A stretch of DNA of 63,046 bases, filler included, from Octopus bimaculoides (GCF_001194135.2; 4 parts of 4 records of this genome joined end to end with filler, not necessarily neighbours in it), one strand, 5' to 3'; positions 13,915-26,850 are shown, numbered from the whole stretch's first letter. Notes: generated by a model from the letters alone, not told the origin. A program made the numbers and translations.

Positions 13915-14118
13915 CTTTTACTTGTTTAAGTCATTAGACTACGGCCATGTTGGGGCACCACCTTGAAGAATTTCGTAGCCGGGAGAATCAATCCCAGTAC
14001 TTACCATGTAAAAGAAAAAAACTGGAATTATTCTATCGGTCTCTTGTACCAAAGATTTAATCTAAGGTGACGTAAACACACCAACACCGGTTGTCAAACG
14101 GGGTGGGGTAGACACAAA
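13915..14118 (-). mobile_element. SINE family A 3' part
   Basis: cttttacttgtttaagtcattagactacggccatg..ttattctatcggtctctt..gacgtaaacacaccaacaccggttgtcaa matches the tails at 32377 and 52242. Confidence 0.8.
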
Positions 14119-14233
14119 GGTCCCAATATACATACATTTATATGTATATGCATATATATATATAAAATTTCGTATTAGCCACCGATATTATATACATGTG
14201 TGTGTGTATGTGTGCGTGTGTGTGTATGTGTCC

Positions 14234-14264
<31 letters not shown>

Positions 14265-14299
14265 TGTGTGTGTGTATAGTCCTATAAATTTAAACTATA

Positions 14300-15627
14300 C
14301 AGGGTGTCCACAAAAACACTCTCTGATTTCAAAGAGATATAACGTAAATTTATTGTAATAATCTTTGACAGTCAGTAGCTTCAGAAGCAGGATTTCATTC
14401 AATTTTATGTGGTGGAGGGTAGTATTAAAGGCACTCAATGAGCGCCCCTCTGGTTGCTCGGAAAACATCGATGCCATAGTCCAGTTCGGTTCAGACGCTC
14501 AGCAGCATATCTGGAGTTACCATGCAAACTGCTTCAGTGATAGAAATTTTCAGCTCCTCCAGGGTTGTAGGTAGTGGCGGTATGTAAACTGTGCTCTTCA
14601 TGTAGCCCCAAAGAAAGAAATCACAAGCAGTTTGGTCCGGTGACCTGGCAGGCCACTTGAAGAACACCTGATCATCTCGTCCAGCATGACCAATCCATCT
14701 GCTTGGCAAGTGCTCAGTGAGAAACCTCCTGACAGCGAAATGCCAGTGCAGTGGAGCACCATCTTGATGGAAAAGGTAGTCCTCACCTTCAGCAGCTAGT
14801 TGTGGAAACACCCAATTGGTCAGCATCTCCAGGTAAATTTGACCAGTAGTGGTTCTTCCCCCAAAGAAGAAAGGGGGCCATACACTGTGCTCTCTGATAC
14901 GACACAAAACACATTAACTTTTGATGAGTCTCGCTCTAATTTCTGGGTAGCGTGCAGAAATTCATGTCCCCATATCCGCACATTCTGCCTATTGACTTTG
15001 CTGTTCATTTGAAATATCGCCTTATCACTGAAAATTATTTTTCACAGCAGGTTATCATCATCTTCAATTAATTGCTGGATATTCTCACAAAATTCATATC
15101 ACATTCCATTGTCTTTCGGGTGGATTTTGGGACTAATTGTAAGGGTGAAATTTTAGGTGTAGGATCTTGCAAAGTATGCTTGTGAGGTGGAGTGTAACTC
15201 TCAGCTAGCTCTTCATATTGAGGTTTTGGGGCTGTGCACAAATTTTCTTCCAATTTAATTTCTAACTTTCTCTGAGACTGATGGTCGGCCAGAATGTCCC
15301 TTTCTCTGATCACAGATACATCCTTTCTGACTAAAATCGTTGTACCATTTCCGAATGGACTGGGTGTAGGTGGAATCGTATGAGATGTGAGTCTGAAAGC
15401 ACGTTTGATCTTGCAAATTCCAGTGCACACCAGCAGCGTTGCTGTGGGGTGGCAGCCGTTTTTAGATTTCCTTGCATCCCTGTGGTTTTCAGGTCAAAGA
15501 TGTGTAATCACCTGGAAAAATGAAATAATTGTTGTTAGAGAATCAATTCACAAATTGTTTATCAATATATTTTAATGAATTTAAATATAACATCGTGAAA
15601 TCATGGAGTGTTTTTGTGGACACCCTG
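14300..15627 (-). mobile_element. Full-length Tc1/mariner element of rosa/Visitor (DD41D-related) type, decayed
   Basis: Perfect 22-bp TIRs: CAGGGTGTCCACAAAAACACTC (14300-14321) and its reverse complement (15606-15627), extending imperfectly to about 32 bp. TA on the left (14298-14299); the right flank is AATA. The minus-strand transposase remnants are ..SIRKWYNDF..SGRPSVS, FSD.AIFQMNSKVNRQNVRIWG, KVNVFC, FHQDGAPLHW and WPARSPDQTACDFFLWGY. Confidence 0.95.
14400..15460 (-). pseudogene. Tc1/mariner DDD transposase pseudogene
   Basis: Split across ORFs 14491-14907, 14820-15008 and upstream frames by stops and frameshifts. Confidence 0.9.
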
Positions 15628-15657
15628 AATATATATTTAAATATATATAGTTCAACT

Positions 15658-15845
15658 TTACAGACAACAAAAGACGAAGACAGGTGCAGGAACAACAAAC
15701 AGATTTATTAATATAACGCTCGAGAAAAATGAAAAAAATAGTTTACGATTCGAGCCTACGCTCTTTGACAGAAAGCATTAAGAGGTAAAAAAAAAAAAGA
15801 GGAGAGATAAAAAAATTGTGTACAGATTAACGGTTCAACATGATA
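15658..15845 (-). repeat. Dispersed repeat family P (probable Penelope pseudo-LTR derivative)
   Basis: Homologous to 43152-43287 (aaagacgaag..aacaa..gacgctcg..aaaaatga..cg.ttcgagcctacgctctt). It contains a hammerhead-like motif on the minus strand. Confidence 0.65.
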
Positions 15846-16416
15846 TATATATATGTGTGTGTGCGTGTGTGTGTATGTGTGTCTGTATGTGTGTAACAAG
15901 TTGAAAATAATGGTCATTACATATTATTCCGTTATTGGAGCAATTCTATATTGTAAATCCGTGTATATATATATGTATGTCGGGCTTTCAGTTTATTACA
16001 CCAAAAGTATTTATTATACCAACAGTTTAGAGTCTACTATGCATTTTACCGAAGGCGAAACCTAGAGTGATATTCGAAATAGGCTGTCACGTTTAGATGA
16101 GTGGACTATAGATATTCTTTTCCCTCCAACCAACCGAACGCGTTGAGCTCTTTACCATGAGGTTTGTGCTATGAAAAATATACTTTTAAATATTTTGCAA
16201 TTCTTATATATATATATAGATATATTTATAAAAAATATATAAACACAATACGTGTATATATACACATACATATATATATACATATATATATGCATATAAA
16301 TATATCAATGTTTATATGAATATTTATATTATATACAATATATATTATATTATGTATAATATACACGCAAATACAAACATACATACACACACATATATGC
16401 TTACGTGCACACATAC

Positions 16417-16511
<95 letters not shown>

Positions 16512-17416
16512 TAGGTGTGTACGTATGTAATGTAATTAGCACTCAGATCTCCGATCGACTTCAAAATTAAAGACACCTTGTGACCTTTTACCAGTTTGTG
16601 AGTCGATATTCTGACCTCCACACACGAAAAGAATATATATAAGCTTTCCAAGCATTTGATGTGGCTGGGCCTGGTCTATTTATTCATCGGCGGTTCATTT
16701 TTCGCCGCCTATCTCATGGCGATATCTCAATAAGCGCCGTGGCAGGAAGTATTTTTTGCCATGGTGATATGGTTTGGAAATCTCTATAGACAGACAGAAT
16801 GGCGTCTGTACTGCAGTGGAAGCAAAACAGAGAGTCTTGAGAAGAGAGGAGAAATATAGGTGAGAGGAGAGTGGGTGTGGTGAAGAAGAAGAAAAAGAAG
16901 AAATAATTTAAAGAAAACAGTGAAAATAAACTTAAAAAATAAGAAAATGCGGTGAATAGTAAATGAAATGGAACATATAAAAATTATATATATATATATA
17001 TGTATATATATAAATGTTCGTGTGCGTACGTGTGTATATGTATGTATGTATGTATGCATGTATGTATATTTGGAGTGGTGAGTGTGGTTTCCTACGTATA
17101 ACGTAGGCGGATAGTTAAGTGCGTATGTGTGTCAGAGTGTGTTTCTGTGTGTGAAGAAATATGTGTTGTCCAAATAAAAAATTACGAAAAGGGGAAAATA
17201 AAAATAAAAACATAAAAGCATATATATAATCTGCAAGATTAATATTCCTATGATAACGGTTAAAAATATATATAACTGTGGGAATGTGGCGATGGCGACT
17301 GGACACATATTTATTTATGGGAGCAGAAGAGAGTGGCTAGGGAGTAAAAAAAAAAGTTATTTAGTTGTTCTTGTTGCTGTTGTGGTTTGTTGATGTTGTT
17401 GCTGTGTTTGTGGTGG

Positions 17417-17448
<32 letters not shown>

Positions 17449-17690
17449 ACATGCTGATCAGCCTTAATCGAGGAGATCTATGATCAGAGACAAACCTCTC
17501 TGTTGCCATCTCATCTTTTTGGGGGTATCTAGTCTATGTTATCTAAATTATTCCGCATTTTTAAGGCGGTGGGGTGTATTTTTAGAGAGTTTCGGGCTAA
17601 CGTTTCTAGCAAATGCTGTGACCACCTAGTGGACCCCTTCTTGGTATCAGGATTAGTTCTACCTTTTCTTTCATTTTTTTTCTTTTCTTT

Positions 17691-17875
17691 CTTTTGTTTT
17701 TGTTTCAGTCATTGGACTGCGGCTTTGCTGAGGCGCCGCCTTGAAGAGTTTTAGTTGAACAAATCGGCCTCACGACTTTACGTTCCGGGTTCAGATGCCA
17801 CCGAGGTCGACGTTGGTTTTTAATCCATTGGGTTCGTTGTAATCGACGACCCCCTCTCTTCTCCTAAAATTGTTA
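17691..17875. mobile_element. Family A tail (minus, 17691-17776) abutting a family B fragment (plus, 17777-17875)
   Basis: tgtttcagtcattggactgcggc..gcgccgccttgaag..aaatcg is followed directly by tttacgttccgggttcagatgccaccgaggtcgac. Confidence 0.7.
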
Positions 17876-18094
17876 GCTTTGTGCTAAAAATTGAAATGAG
17901 TATTATCATTAAGTCTCGAAAGTATTTTATCAATAGCTTTTGTCGAACTCCTAAGCAGACAAATCAACACAGGATTTCGAGCAGCGTGAAGGGAGACAGA
18001 CACAAGGACGCACATGCATACACACATACATATAATCTGTTTGCCCTCTCCCTCGAACTTGTTGAAACCAGTATCTAATACCACAGGTATTAGA

Positions 18095-18232
18095 GTAGCA
18101 GCATTGTTAGCACGCTGGGCATTTCGTCTGTCTTCACGCTCTGAGTTCAAATTCCGTAGAGGTCGACTTTCATCCTTTTGTGTCGATAAAATAAGTATTT
18201 CAAGCCTTGTGCCTATATTAGAAAAGAATATA
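18095..18232 (+). mobile_element. SINE family B, internally deleted copy
   Basis: gttagcacgctggg..catttcgtctgtcttcacgctctgagttcaaattcc..gaggtcgactttcatcctt..gtcgataaaataagta..gccttgtgcctata. Confidence 0.8.
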
Positions 18233-18675
18233 TAGATTTATTTGATTGAATGCCACGCATCCCTTTCCAAGTAAGTTTATCTTAATCTTTTTTGATGCGA
18301 CTCTTCTCTGTATTGTTTCTTCCTCTATCGTTTTCTCTCTCATCCTTACTCTAATTCCTTGTTTTCGTATAAATTCTCTGCTTTCTTCCAAGGAATCTAA
18401 TGCTCTAAGCTTAGTTTTTCCATGAGGCTGGCCAGATTGGAGCAATCTCGAGTACAACCAGCCGAAATTGCAAAGATAATCTGGAACTCGACTGAGGAAA
18501 GAAAACTCCGAATGACCCTTCCTTGTTTTCTTTGTATCGTTTGTTTGGATGTTTTGTTGTCCCTTTTTTGTATCACCTAACTGGATGTTTTGCGTTCTTG
18601 TCCCATTTTTGTATTTTTCATATTTATGTAGGTATGCATGTATCGATCTGCCTTCAAATTTAGCTATTAGTTTAG

Positions 18676-18751
<76 letters not shown>

Positions 18752-18759
18752 GGAAGATT

Positions 18760-19198
18760 GGCATGGCTTTGAACTTTAAGAAGTTAACGTTGCAACTACG
18801 TGGTTTCGGATTCAGTGCTACGCCGTGCAGAACCTTGGACAAGTGTCTTCCATTTTAGCCTCGGCTCAGCTAATGCCTTGTGAGTGCATTTGGCTGATGG
18901 AAACTGTGTGAAAGCCAGTTGTATGAGTGTGTTTGTGCGGGGAGTGAGTCTGTATGTGGAGGGATGAGTGTCTATGTGGAGTGTGAGTGCGTGTGTGTCT
19001 TTTTGTCTCCCTTCATCACATGGCAACTGGTGTTGGTTTGTTTACGTCCCTGTTATGTAGTTGTTCGGCCAAAGAAACCAATAGAATAAATACCAGATCA
19101 AAGAGAAGCTATGGGGTCGATTTGTTCGACTAAACCCGTCAAACTGTTGCCATGCTATGGCCACTATCCAATGACTGAAACAAGTAAAAAATAAAAGA
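18760..19198 (+). mobile_element. SINE family A, full length, diverged
   Basis: tRNA-like head (ggcatggct..ggattcagtgc), CORE-like accttggacaagtgtcttcc, an internal TG-rich microsatellite, and the tail atgactgaaacaagtaaaa. Confidence 0.85.
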
Positions 19199-20069
19199 TG
19201 CCTTTAGACTTAATGGTTGAATACACTCTGTCATTAACCGACGAAAGTTTTTCTACGGAATTAAATGAAGAACAACTCAGTTTCACCTGGTCTTTTCCGG
19301 CTCACCAGGAGTGTTTATTTAAGGGAGTTTCATTTAGACGGGTAGCTACTCGCAATCGTTTTTCTGTTTTCCTATATATCGTAGACGACAAATCTCGACT
19401 AAGGATGTAGCTGGTTGTGAGAATCACACGATGGTCAAAGCCGAACGAAGGTAGCCGCTGCTTTCTACGATGTATATTCTGTTTTAAAAACAGGCAGATA
19501 GTTCTCAAGAGATGTTATCTCGAGACGAATACTGCAGTAAATTTGCCTTTCAACGATGAATTTACGTAAAGTATGATACATATATGGATATTTTGATTTA
19601 ATACTGCTTCTATTGCATATATCTGTTTTTTATTCAGTCAGAGAGCTATTCGCAATATAAGCGAATATTTTTCACTGTTTCCTGTATGTCAGAACTGACT
19701 GGTCCCGTCGTAACATATGACTGACCGGCTGTGTATAAACGCTATTGACAAGTATTAATGACTTGTAGGGACGCAGTATTACGTTGTGCAACTATAATAC
19801 ACTACAAAGTATATTAAACGCTTTTATAAGTCAATACCGTGTTCTACAATGGTAGCAGTGTGCTTTACGTCACTTGTTAGGGTTATCTCTACAGATATTC
19901 TTTAGAAATTATAGCCATTCGATCTCATTGTTTACATCTGATGCCTCGGATACGAAACGTCGTAAGAAAAAGTCAGTGCTGGCTATTGACAAGACGCAAC
20001 GAGGCCGAAAAGAAATTGGCATTTTCGCAAGCCTCAGCTGGGACACATTTTTCTCTCTCCTGCCGATAT

Positions 20070-20113
<44 letters not shown>

Positions 20114-21162
20114 TTTTTTAAATACATGTCCATAGCATATATCATCTCTGGACGAATATCTCAGTAAAGTTGCCTTTCAACGATGTATTTACACAAATGA
20201 CTTGCAATAGAAAATGTTTGAGTAAAGGCCCGAGTAGGAATCAATTATAGATGGCTTAATTTCATATGGAACTACTTATTAAAATTTTATTCGTTCTGTT
20301 CTGTTTGAACTACATTCCTCACTGAATTTTGCCATTCTATTCCTCAAGTTAGTAAAAATGAGTGGGAGACATGGTATAAGTATTTTAGACTATAAGACCA
20401 AAACCGAATTATTTCTGACCTTTTAAAAAAGCAAGAAATGCACAACTATCAAATAAATTTCATAGTCGGTCCCTTGCCTCCTTCAAAAACAACAATCTCA
20501 TGAAAATTAAAATCACATTCTTAATATGGAAATAAATGAACTTCCGTGTTAACTCATACACATCGTTTATCAAATATGTGATATTTTGTCCCATATTTCT
20601 GCGTTAACTACTTTTGTACCTTCATACAATAACAGCGTCAACAAATTTGATCCAATTTAGCGTTCGCATGTCTCTCAGTCTCTATCAAAATTACAACATA
20701 TTCACAGCTATGCTATTGTATATATATAAATCTAACACTATTAGAATACATGCAGTCTCTAGGGTTTCTACATGTATATCAGTTTCATCCATGTTACCTC
20801 TACCCAAGCAGTATAGACTCCATTTAACCACATGGCGAACAACAAAGGAACATTCATGAACGATATTACGAATGAAAATGTCGTGTTGTTTTCCTATATC
20901 TCATGCTAAATGATATACGTGACACCTAGTTACACCCACACGAGAACATGCACATACACACAAACAAATATACATACATATACATGCACATAACTGTGTA
21001 CATATACAATCACCGAAACACGCCAACACACATAATATGCATACATACACATACACAGACACACACATACACATATATATGCAGATTATATAAATAGATT
21101 ATATACATACATATATATNNNNNNNNNNNNNNNNNNNNNNNNNNNNNNNNNNNNNNNNNNNN

Positions 21163-21174
21163 TTAATTAATTAA
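21163..21174. other. Artificial assembly spacer TTAATTAATTAA between N runs (also at about 47327-47338 and 59319-59330)
   Basis: An identical 12-mer with stops in all six frames, isolated inside N gaps three times. Confidence 0.9.
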
Positions 21175-21218
21175 NNNNNNNNNNNNNNNNNNNNNNNNNN
21201 NNNNNNNNNNNNNNNNNN

Positions 21219-21297
21219 ATTAAATTCTTTTTCAAGGCGGTGCCCCAGCATGGCCGCAGTCTAATGACCGAAACAAGTGAAATGGTAAAAGTAAAGA
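21219..21297 (+). mobile_element. SINE family A 3' end
   Basis: aaggcggtgccccagcatggccgcagtctaatgaccgaaacaagt. Confidence 0.8.
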
Positions 21298-21931
21298 TCC
21301 GGAATGTGTAGCTGAGATAGTTGTTTCCCATTTCGACACACAAGTGTGCCATTGGTCGATACTAGCAAAGTCTGACACTAGGCTCGAACTTACTTCATCG
21401 ACTCCCGGAAAGACAAAAGCCAAAGCTGACACGCACACACACACACACACACACGCACACACACACACACGCACACACACATACTCATGTAAATAAAGAG
21501 TTATTAATAAAAAAACGAGTATTCCGTGCGAAACATATCTTAAGCTCTTTTCATTTACAAATACACAAGACTATCAAAAAAGATCTTGTAGTTGACATTG
21601 GACTCCAAGCAATCTGAAATCGAATATGTAAAGTCATTGTTCCATTACCGAGTAAAAATGGTACGATTTTACAGAGATATGTATACGATAGGCATGAAAT
21701 ATGCTTTATATTCCTTTTCGAGCATTATAGACTTACAGATGTTTCAAATATACATATCAGGGGCGTTCATGCTTTAATTTGATCAACCGATCGACTGGTC
21801 GATTGAAAATATAGTGAACCAGAGTCCAACAAATGGTTTGTTGGGCCTGCCAAAAATGAATATCTGAAACAGCTGCAAGTCTATAATGCACAAATAAATG
21901 TATAAAGCCTGGTATTTATGCCCATTACATA

Positions 21932-21964
<33 letters not shown>

Positions 21965-21969
21965 TATAT

Positions 21970-22014
<45 letters not shown>

Positions 22015-22970
22015 NNNNNNNNNNNNNNNNNNNNNNNNNNNNNNNNNNNNNNNNNNNNNNNNNNNNNNNNNNNNNNNNNNNNNNNNNNNNNNNNNNNNNN
22101 NNNNNNNNNNNNNNNNNNNNNNNNNNNNNNNNNNNNNNNNNNNNNNNNNNNNNNNNNNNNNNNNNNNNNNNNNNNNNNNNNNNNNNNNNNNNNNNNNNNN
22201 NNNNNNNNNNNNNNNNNNNNNNNNNNNNNNNNNNNNNNNNNNNNNNNNNNNNNNNNNNNNNNNNNNNNNNNNNNNNNNNNNNNNNNNNNNNNNNNNNNNN
22301 NNNNNNNNNNNNNNNNNNNNNNNNNNNNNNNNNNNNNNNNNNNNNNNNNNNNNNNNNNNNNNNNNNNNNNNNNNNNNNNNNNNNNNNNNNNNNNNNNNNN
22401 NNNNNNNNNNNNNNNNNNNNNNNNNNNNNNNNNNNNNNNNNNNNNNNNNNNNNNNNNNNNNNNNNNNNNNNNNNNNNNNNNNNNNNNNNNNNNNNNNNNN
22501 NNNNNNNNNNNNNNNNNNNNNNNNNNNNNNNNNNNNNNNNNNNNNNNNNNNNNNNNNNNNNNNNNNNNNNNNNNNNNNNNNNNNNNNNNNNNNNNNNNNN
22601 NNNNNNNNNNNNNNNNNNNNNNNNNNNNNNNNNNNNNNNNNNNNNNNNNNNNNNNNNNNNNNNNNNNNNNNNNNNNNNNNNNNNNNNNNNNNNNNNNNNN
22701 NNNNNNNNNNNNNNNNNNNNNNNNNNNNNNNNNNNNNNNNNNNNNNNNNNNNNNNNNNNNNNNNNNNNNNNNNNNNNNNNNNNNNNNNNNNNNNNNNNNN
22801 NNNNNNNNNNNNNNNNNNNNNNNNNNNNNNNNNNNNNNNNNNNNNNNNNNNNNNNNNNNNNNNNNNNNNNNNNNNNNNNNNNNNNNNNNNNNNNNNNNNN
22901 NNNNNNNNNNNNNNNNNNNNNNNNNNNNNNNNNNNNNNNNNNNNNNNNNNNNNNNNNNNNNNNNNNNNNN

Positions 22971-23024
<54 letters not shown>

Positions 23025-24233
23025 AGATGCCCTGACTTCCCCATACATATATTTATACACACAACGTGTGTGTGCGTGCGTCTGTGTGTATATGTATGGA
23101 GGTGTGTGTGTGCATGTGTGTGTGAGTGTATACACATGTGAACATTACATACAAAAGGGCATTTAATCTCCAAAGTACTTAAGTTACCGTCTATCAAATA
23201 ACAGGCATTTAGAGACTACAATCTCATTACCCTACAGTTAATAAAATAACAGCACATTATTTGTTGGTATAACTATATGTGTATTATGATGGTGTTGTTG
23301 TTGTTGTTGTTGTTGTCATCGCCGCTGCTGTTTAGCCCTAGGAAAACCCTCATCCGGTACATCTACGATCAAAGCCGTTTGCAGCCTTGACTATCAAATT
23401 TCCTTTTCGCACATAATGATTCTACGATTGTATTATGAAACTAGTACTCCCCTTTTTAATTTAGAGTAGGTAATATATANNNNNNNNNNNNNNNNNNNNN
23501 NNNNNNNNNNNNNNNNNNNNNNNNNNNNNNNNNNNNNNNNNNNNNNNNNNNNNNNNNNNNNNNNNNNNNNNNNNNNNNNNNNNNNNNNNNNNNNNNNNNN
23601 NNNNNNNNNNNNNNNNNNNNNNNNNNNNNNNNNNNNNNNNNNNNNNNNNNNNNNNNNNNNNNNNNNNNNNNNNNNNNNNNNNNNNNNNNNNNNNNNNNNN
23701 NNNNNNNNNNNNNNNNNNNNNNNNNNNNNNNNNNNNNNNNNNNNNNNNNNNNNNNNNNNNNNNNNNNNNNNNNNNNNNNNNNNNNNNNNNNNNNNNNNNN
23801 NNNNNNNNNNNNNNNNNNNNNNNNNNNNNNNNNNNNNNNNNNNNNNNNNNNNNNNNNNNNNNNNNNNNNNNNNNNNNNNNNNNNNNNNNNNNNNNNNNNN
23901 NNNNNNNNNNNNNNNNNNNNNNNNNNNNNNNNNNNNNNNNNNNNNNNNNNNNNNNNNNNNNNNNNNNNNNNNNNNNNNNNNNNNNNNNNNNNNNNNNNNN
24001 NNNNNNNNNNNNNNNNNNNNNNNNNNNNNNNNNNNNNNNNNNNNNNNNNNNNNNNNNNNNNNNNNNNNNNNNNNNNNNNNNNNNNNNNNNNNNNNNNNNN
24101 NNNNNNNNNNNNNNNNNNNNNNNNNNNNNNNNNNNNNNNNNNNNNNNNNNNNNNNNNNNNNNNNNNNNNNNNNNNNNNNNNNNNNNNNNNNNNNNNNNNN
24201 NNNNNNNNNNNNNNNNNNNNNNNNNNNNNNNNN

Positions 24234-24271
<38 letters not shown>

Positions 24272-25499
24272 CACACACACGCACATACACACACACACAA
24301 ACACACGCACACGCACGCCCACACACACTCACACACGCACACGCACGCCCACACACACTCACACACATTCAATGTTTGTTTCGAAATAATGTACCAATTA
24401 TCAAAGTATCTTTTCTAAAGTTTGAATACAACCCCCAAAATCCTCCCAGGACAAGACATCAAAAACAATCCCGTTTCTAAGATCTCCCGTTAGTAAAAAA
24501 GGGAAAAAAATGTCAAAAGAAGCTATGTTGAAACATTGATATTTGTAATGGAGTGGTAGTTGAGTAGGAGCGTTAATGTGAGGTACAGGGACATTGTCAG
24601 TTTATGATATCGACTCTGTTTTCTTTTCTCCTTCAGTTACTCCTTCACTTCTCTATTTTCTGCTTTTTCCCTGTTTCACACTTAACACACGCATATATAT
24701 GCGCATGCACCGACACAATTATTCCCTCATTTCTCTAAGACGATATCGTATAGACCATATATACTGAAACAATGTAGTTATTAGAATTCCTCATTTGAAA
24801 ATTATTCCTTCAGAAACTTAGTGCGCGTATTCAAACAGCAGTCACTCAGCTTGACACAGTCGTTAAGAATGAGGGATATAAAAGCGGAGTTTAAGGGCCC
24901 GCTGAAACTTTAGGACTTGCTCAAACTCACTGATATAGTTTCTTTCTGTTCTGCAAGTTCTTTATATATACCTAACATAATCTGTAAATACCTTCGTACC
25001 GGTGAGGTCATTCGGCACCATGAGAAGTCAAACAACCCTGGTTACTTTCAACAATAGCTGAAAAATAATAGTGCAAAGGTTTTCACGAACAAAGATGATC
25101 TGATTGAAAGTATAAAGGATCATAGATTCAGACAAGATAAAGACGTCTCTAGATTGTCTAAGTAAGTCTTCTAAAGAAGAAGAAAAAGAAAACTGAATAA
25201 ATCACTTATTTCTTTTTCTTTTATATTTCCGTATTTTTTTTTTATCACAATCTTTTTATTTTGCTCATAAGTTCTTGCGAGAACATCCTCTCCGTTCTTA
25301 AACTAGCAAAAGCCGTGAAGCTCTCGGCTCATGGCTATTATTCATTACCATTAAGTATCTAAAATGGTTCTTTTCATTAATACACTAGCATGATTAAGAT
25401 GTCACTATCATGCTATTATTTTATGAATAATTCAATATTCTTGTGTTTAACGTTAGCGTTTTGTATATCATTTTTAATTCAAGACTTCGAAATACCTAC

Positions 25500-25863
25500 G
25501 GCATTCCGTCGGTTACGACGACGAGGGTTCTAGTTGATCCAATCAACGGAACTGCATGCTCGCAAAATTAACGTGCACGTGGCTGAGCACTCCACAGACA
25601 CGTGTGCCCTTAACGTAGTTCTCGGGGAAATTCATCGTGACACAGCGTGACAAGGCTGGCCCTTCGAAATACAGATACAACAGAAACAGGAAGAAAGAGT
25701 GAGAGAAAGTTGTGGTGAAAGAGTACAGCAGGGTTCGCCACCACCCCCTGCCAGAGCCTCGTGGAGTTTTAGGTGTTTTCGTTCAATAAACAATCACAAC
25801 GGCCGGTCTGGGAATCGAAACTACGAATTCGCTGCCTTAACCACTGGGCCATTGCGCCTCCAC
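25500..25863 (-). mobile_element. SINE family C, near full length
   Basis: The minus strand begins with a tRNA-like head (A box TGGCCCAGTGG, B box GTTTCGATTCC) and ends ..GATCAACTAGAACCCTCGTCGTCGTAACCGACGGAATGCC. Partial copies lie at 10950 and 36321. Confidence 0.85.
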
Positions 25864-25943
25864 TCGAAATACCAGTCTTGTTATGCATACATTACTATTT
25901 AATAACCAGTATATGTACTGAATTTGCATTCACGCGTTTAGAG

Positions 25944-26157
25944 AAGGCGGCGAACGGGCAGAAGCGTGAGTATGCCGAGCGAAATGCTTACCGGCATTTC
26001 GTCCGTCTTTACGTTCTGAGTTCAAATTCCACCGAGGTCGACAATGCCTTTAATCCTTTCGGAGTTTCTAAAAGAAATACCGGTTGAGAACTGGGTCGAT
26101 TTAATCGATTAGCCCTCTCCCTCAAAATTGCTGCTCCCGAGGCAACATTTCAAACCT
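25944..26157 (+). mobile_element. SINE family B
   Basis: aaggcggcgaacgggcagaa..gttctgagttcaaattccaccgaggtcgac..gcctttaatcctttcgg..ctgggtcgatttaatcga. Confidence 0.88.
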
Positions 26158-26397
26158 TTATATCACAAGAGTTTTACACGTAAAATAACAGGTAATTTTG
26201 GAAGTTTATTTTTACCATCGTTGGTAATATCAGGAAATCTGGCACGCAAACAATAAACGTGATTTAATTCTTATGAAATTTTTGTGCTTATATAAAATAA
26301 GGAAATGAATATCAACTTTCAAAGTCTTTATTACTTTAAAATAAATAAATCCTTTAAGTAAATTCTTTAAATAAATAAACAAATTCTTAACTGCATA

Positions 26398-26580
26398 CTT
26401 GCAACAGACGTATGCCGAACAAAATGCTTAGCAGCATTTAATCTGTCCTTACGGAAGGAGTTCAAGTTATACCGTGGTCGACTTTGCCTTTCATCCTTTC
26501 GGGGTCCATAAAATGAATACCAGTCAAGTACTGGGGGTCGATGTAATCGACTAGTTTCCTGCCACAGAATTTCAGGCTTT
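26398..26580 (+). mobile_element. SINE family B
   Basis: aaatgcttagcagcattt..ggtcgactttgcctttcatcctttcggggtccataaaatgaataccag..ggggtcgatgtaatcgacta. Confidence 0.88.
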
Positions 26581-26669
26581 TTCACTATATTTCAAAGGAT
26601 TAATTCTCAAAATTCTGCCAACATATTCGCAATGTACTCCATCAAAAACTTATCTCTGCAAAATTTGAA

Positions 26670-26850
26670 GTCCTCTGCTTCCACCTCCCCTCTTCCTTCT
26701 ACACCTCCCCTCTTCCTTCTATACCTCCCCTCTTCCTTCTACACCTCCTCTTCCTCCCTCTTTCTACACCTCTTCTTCCCTCTTTCTACACCTCTTCCTC
26801 CTTCGCTTCCTTCTTCTTCACCTCCTCCTCCGCCCTCGTCCTTTTCCACT
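26670..26850. repeat. Homopyrimidine minisatellite, about 20-bp unit (TTCTACACCTCCCCTCTTCC-like)
   Basis: The motif TTCTA(C/T)ACCTC recurs five times in 26696-26800. Confidence 0.8.

Noticed and set aside
21163-21174. TTAATTAATTAA inside gaps, three times
   Set aside because: Artificial six-frame-stop contig spacer, not biology.
25790-25863. tRNA-like sequences with A/B boxes (also about 32760-32831, 33632-33722 and 35090-35165)
   Set aside because: They continue into multi-copy SINE bodies and lack a closable cloverleaf, so they are SINE heads rather than tRNA genes.
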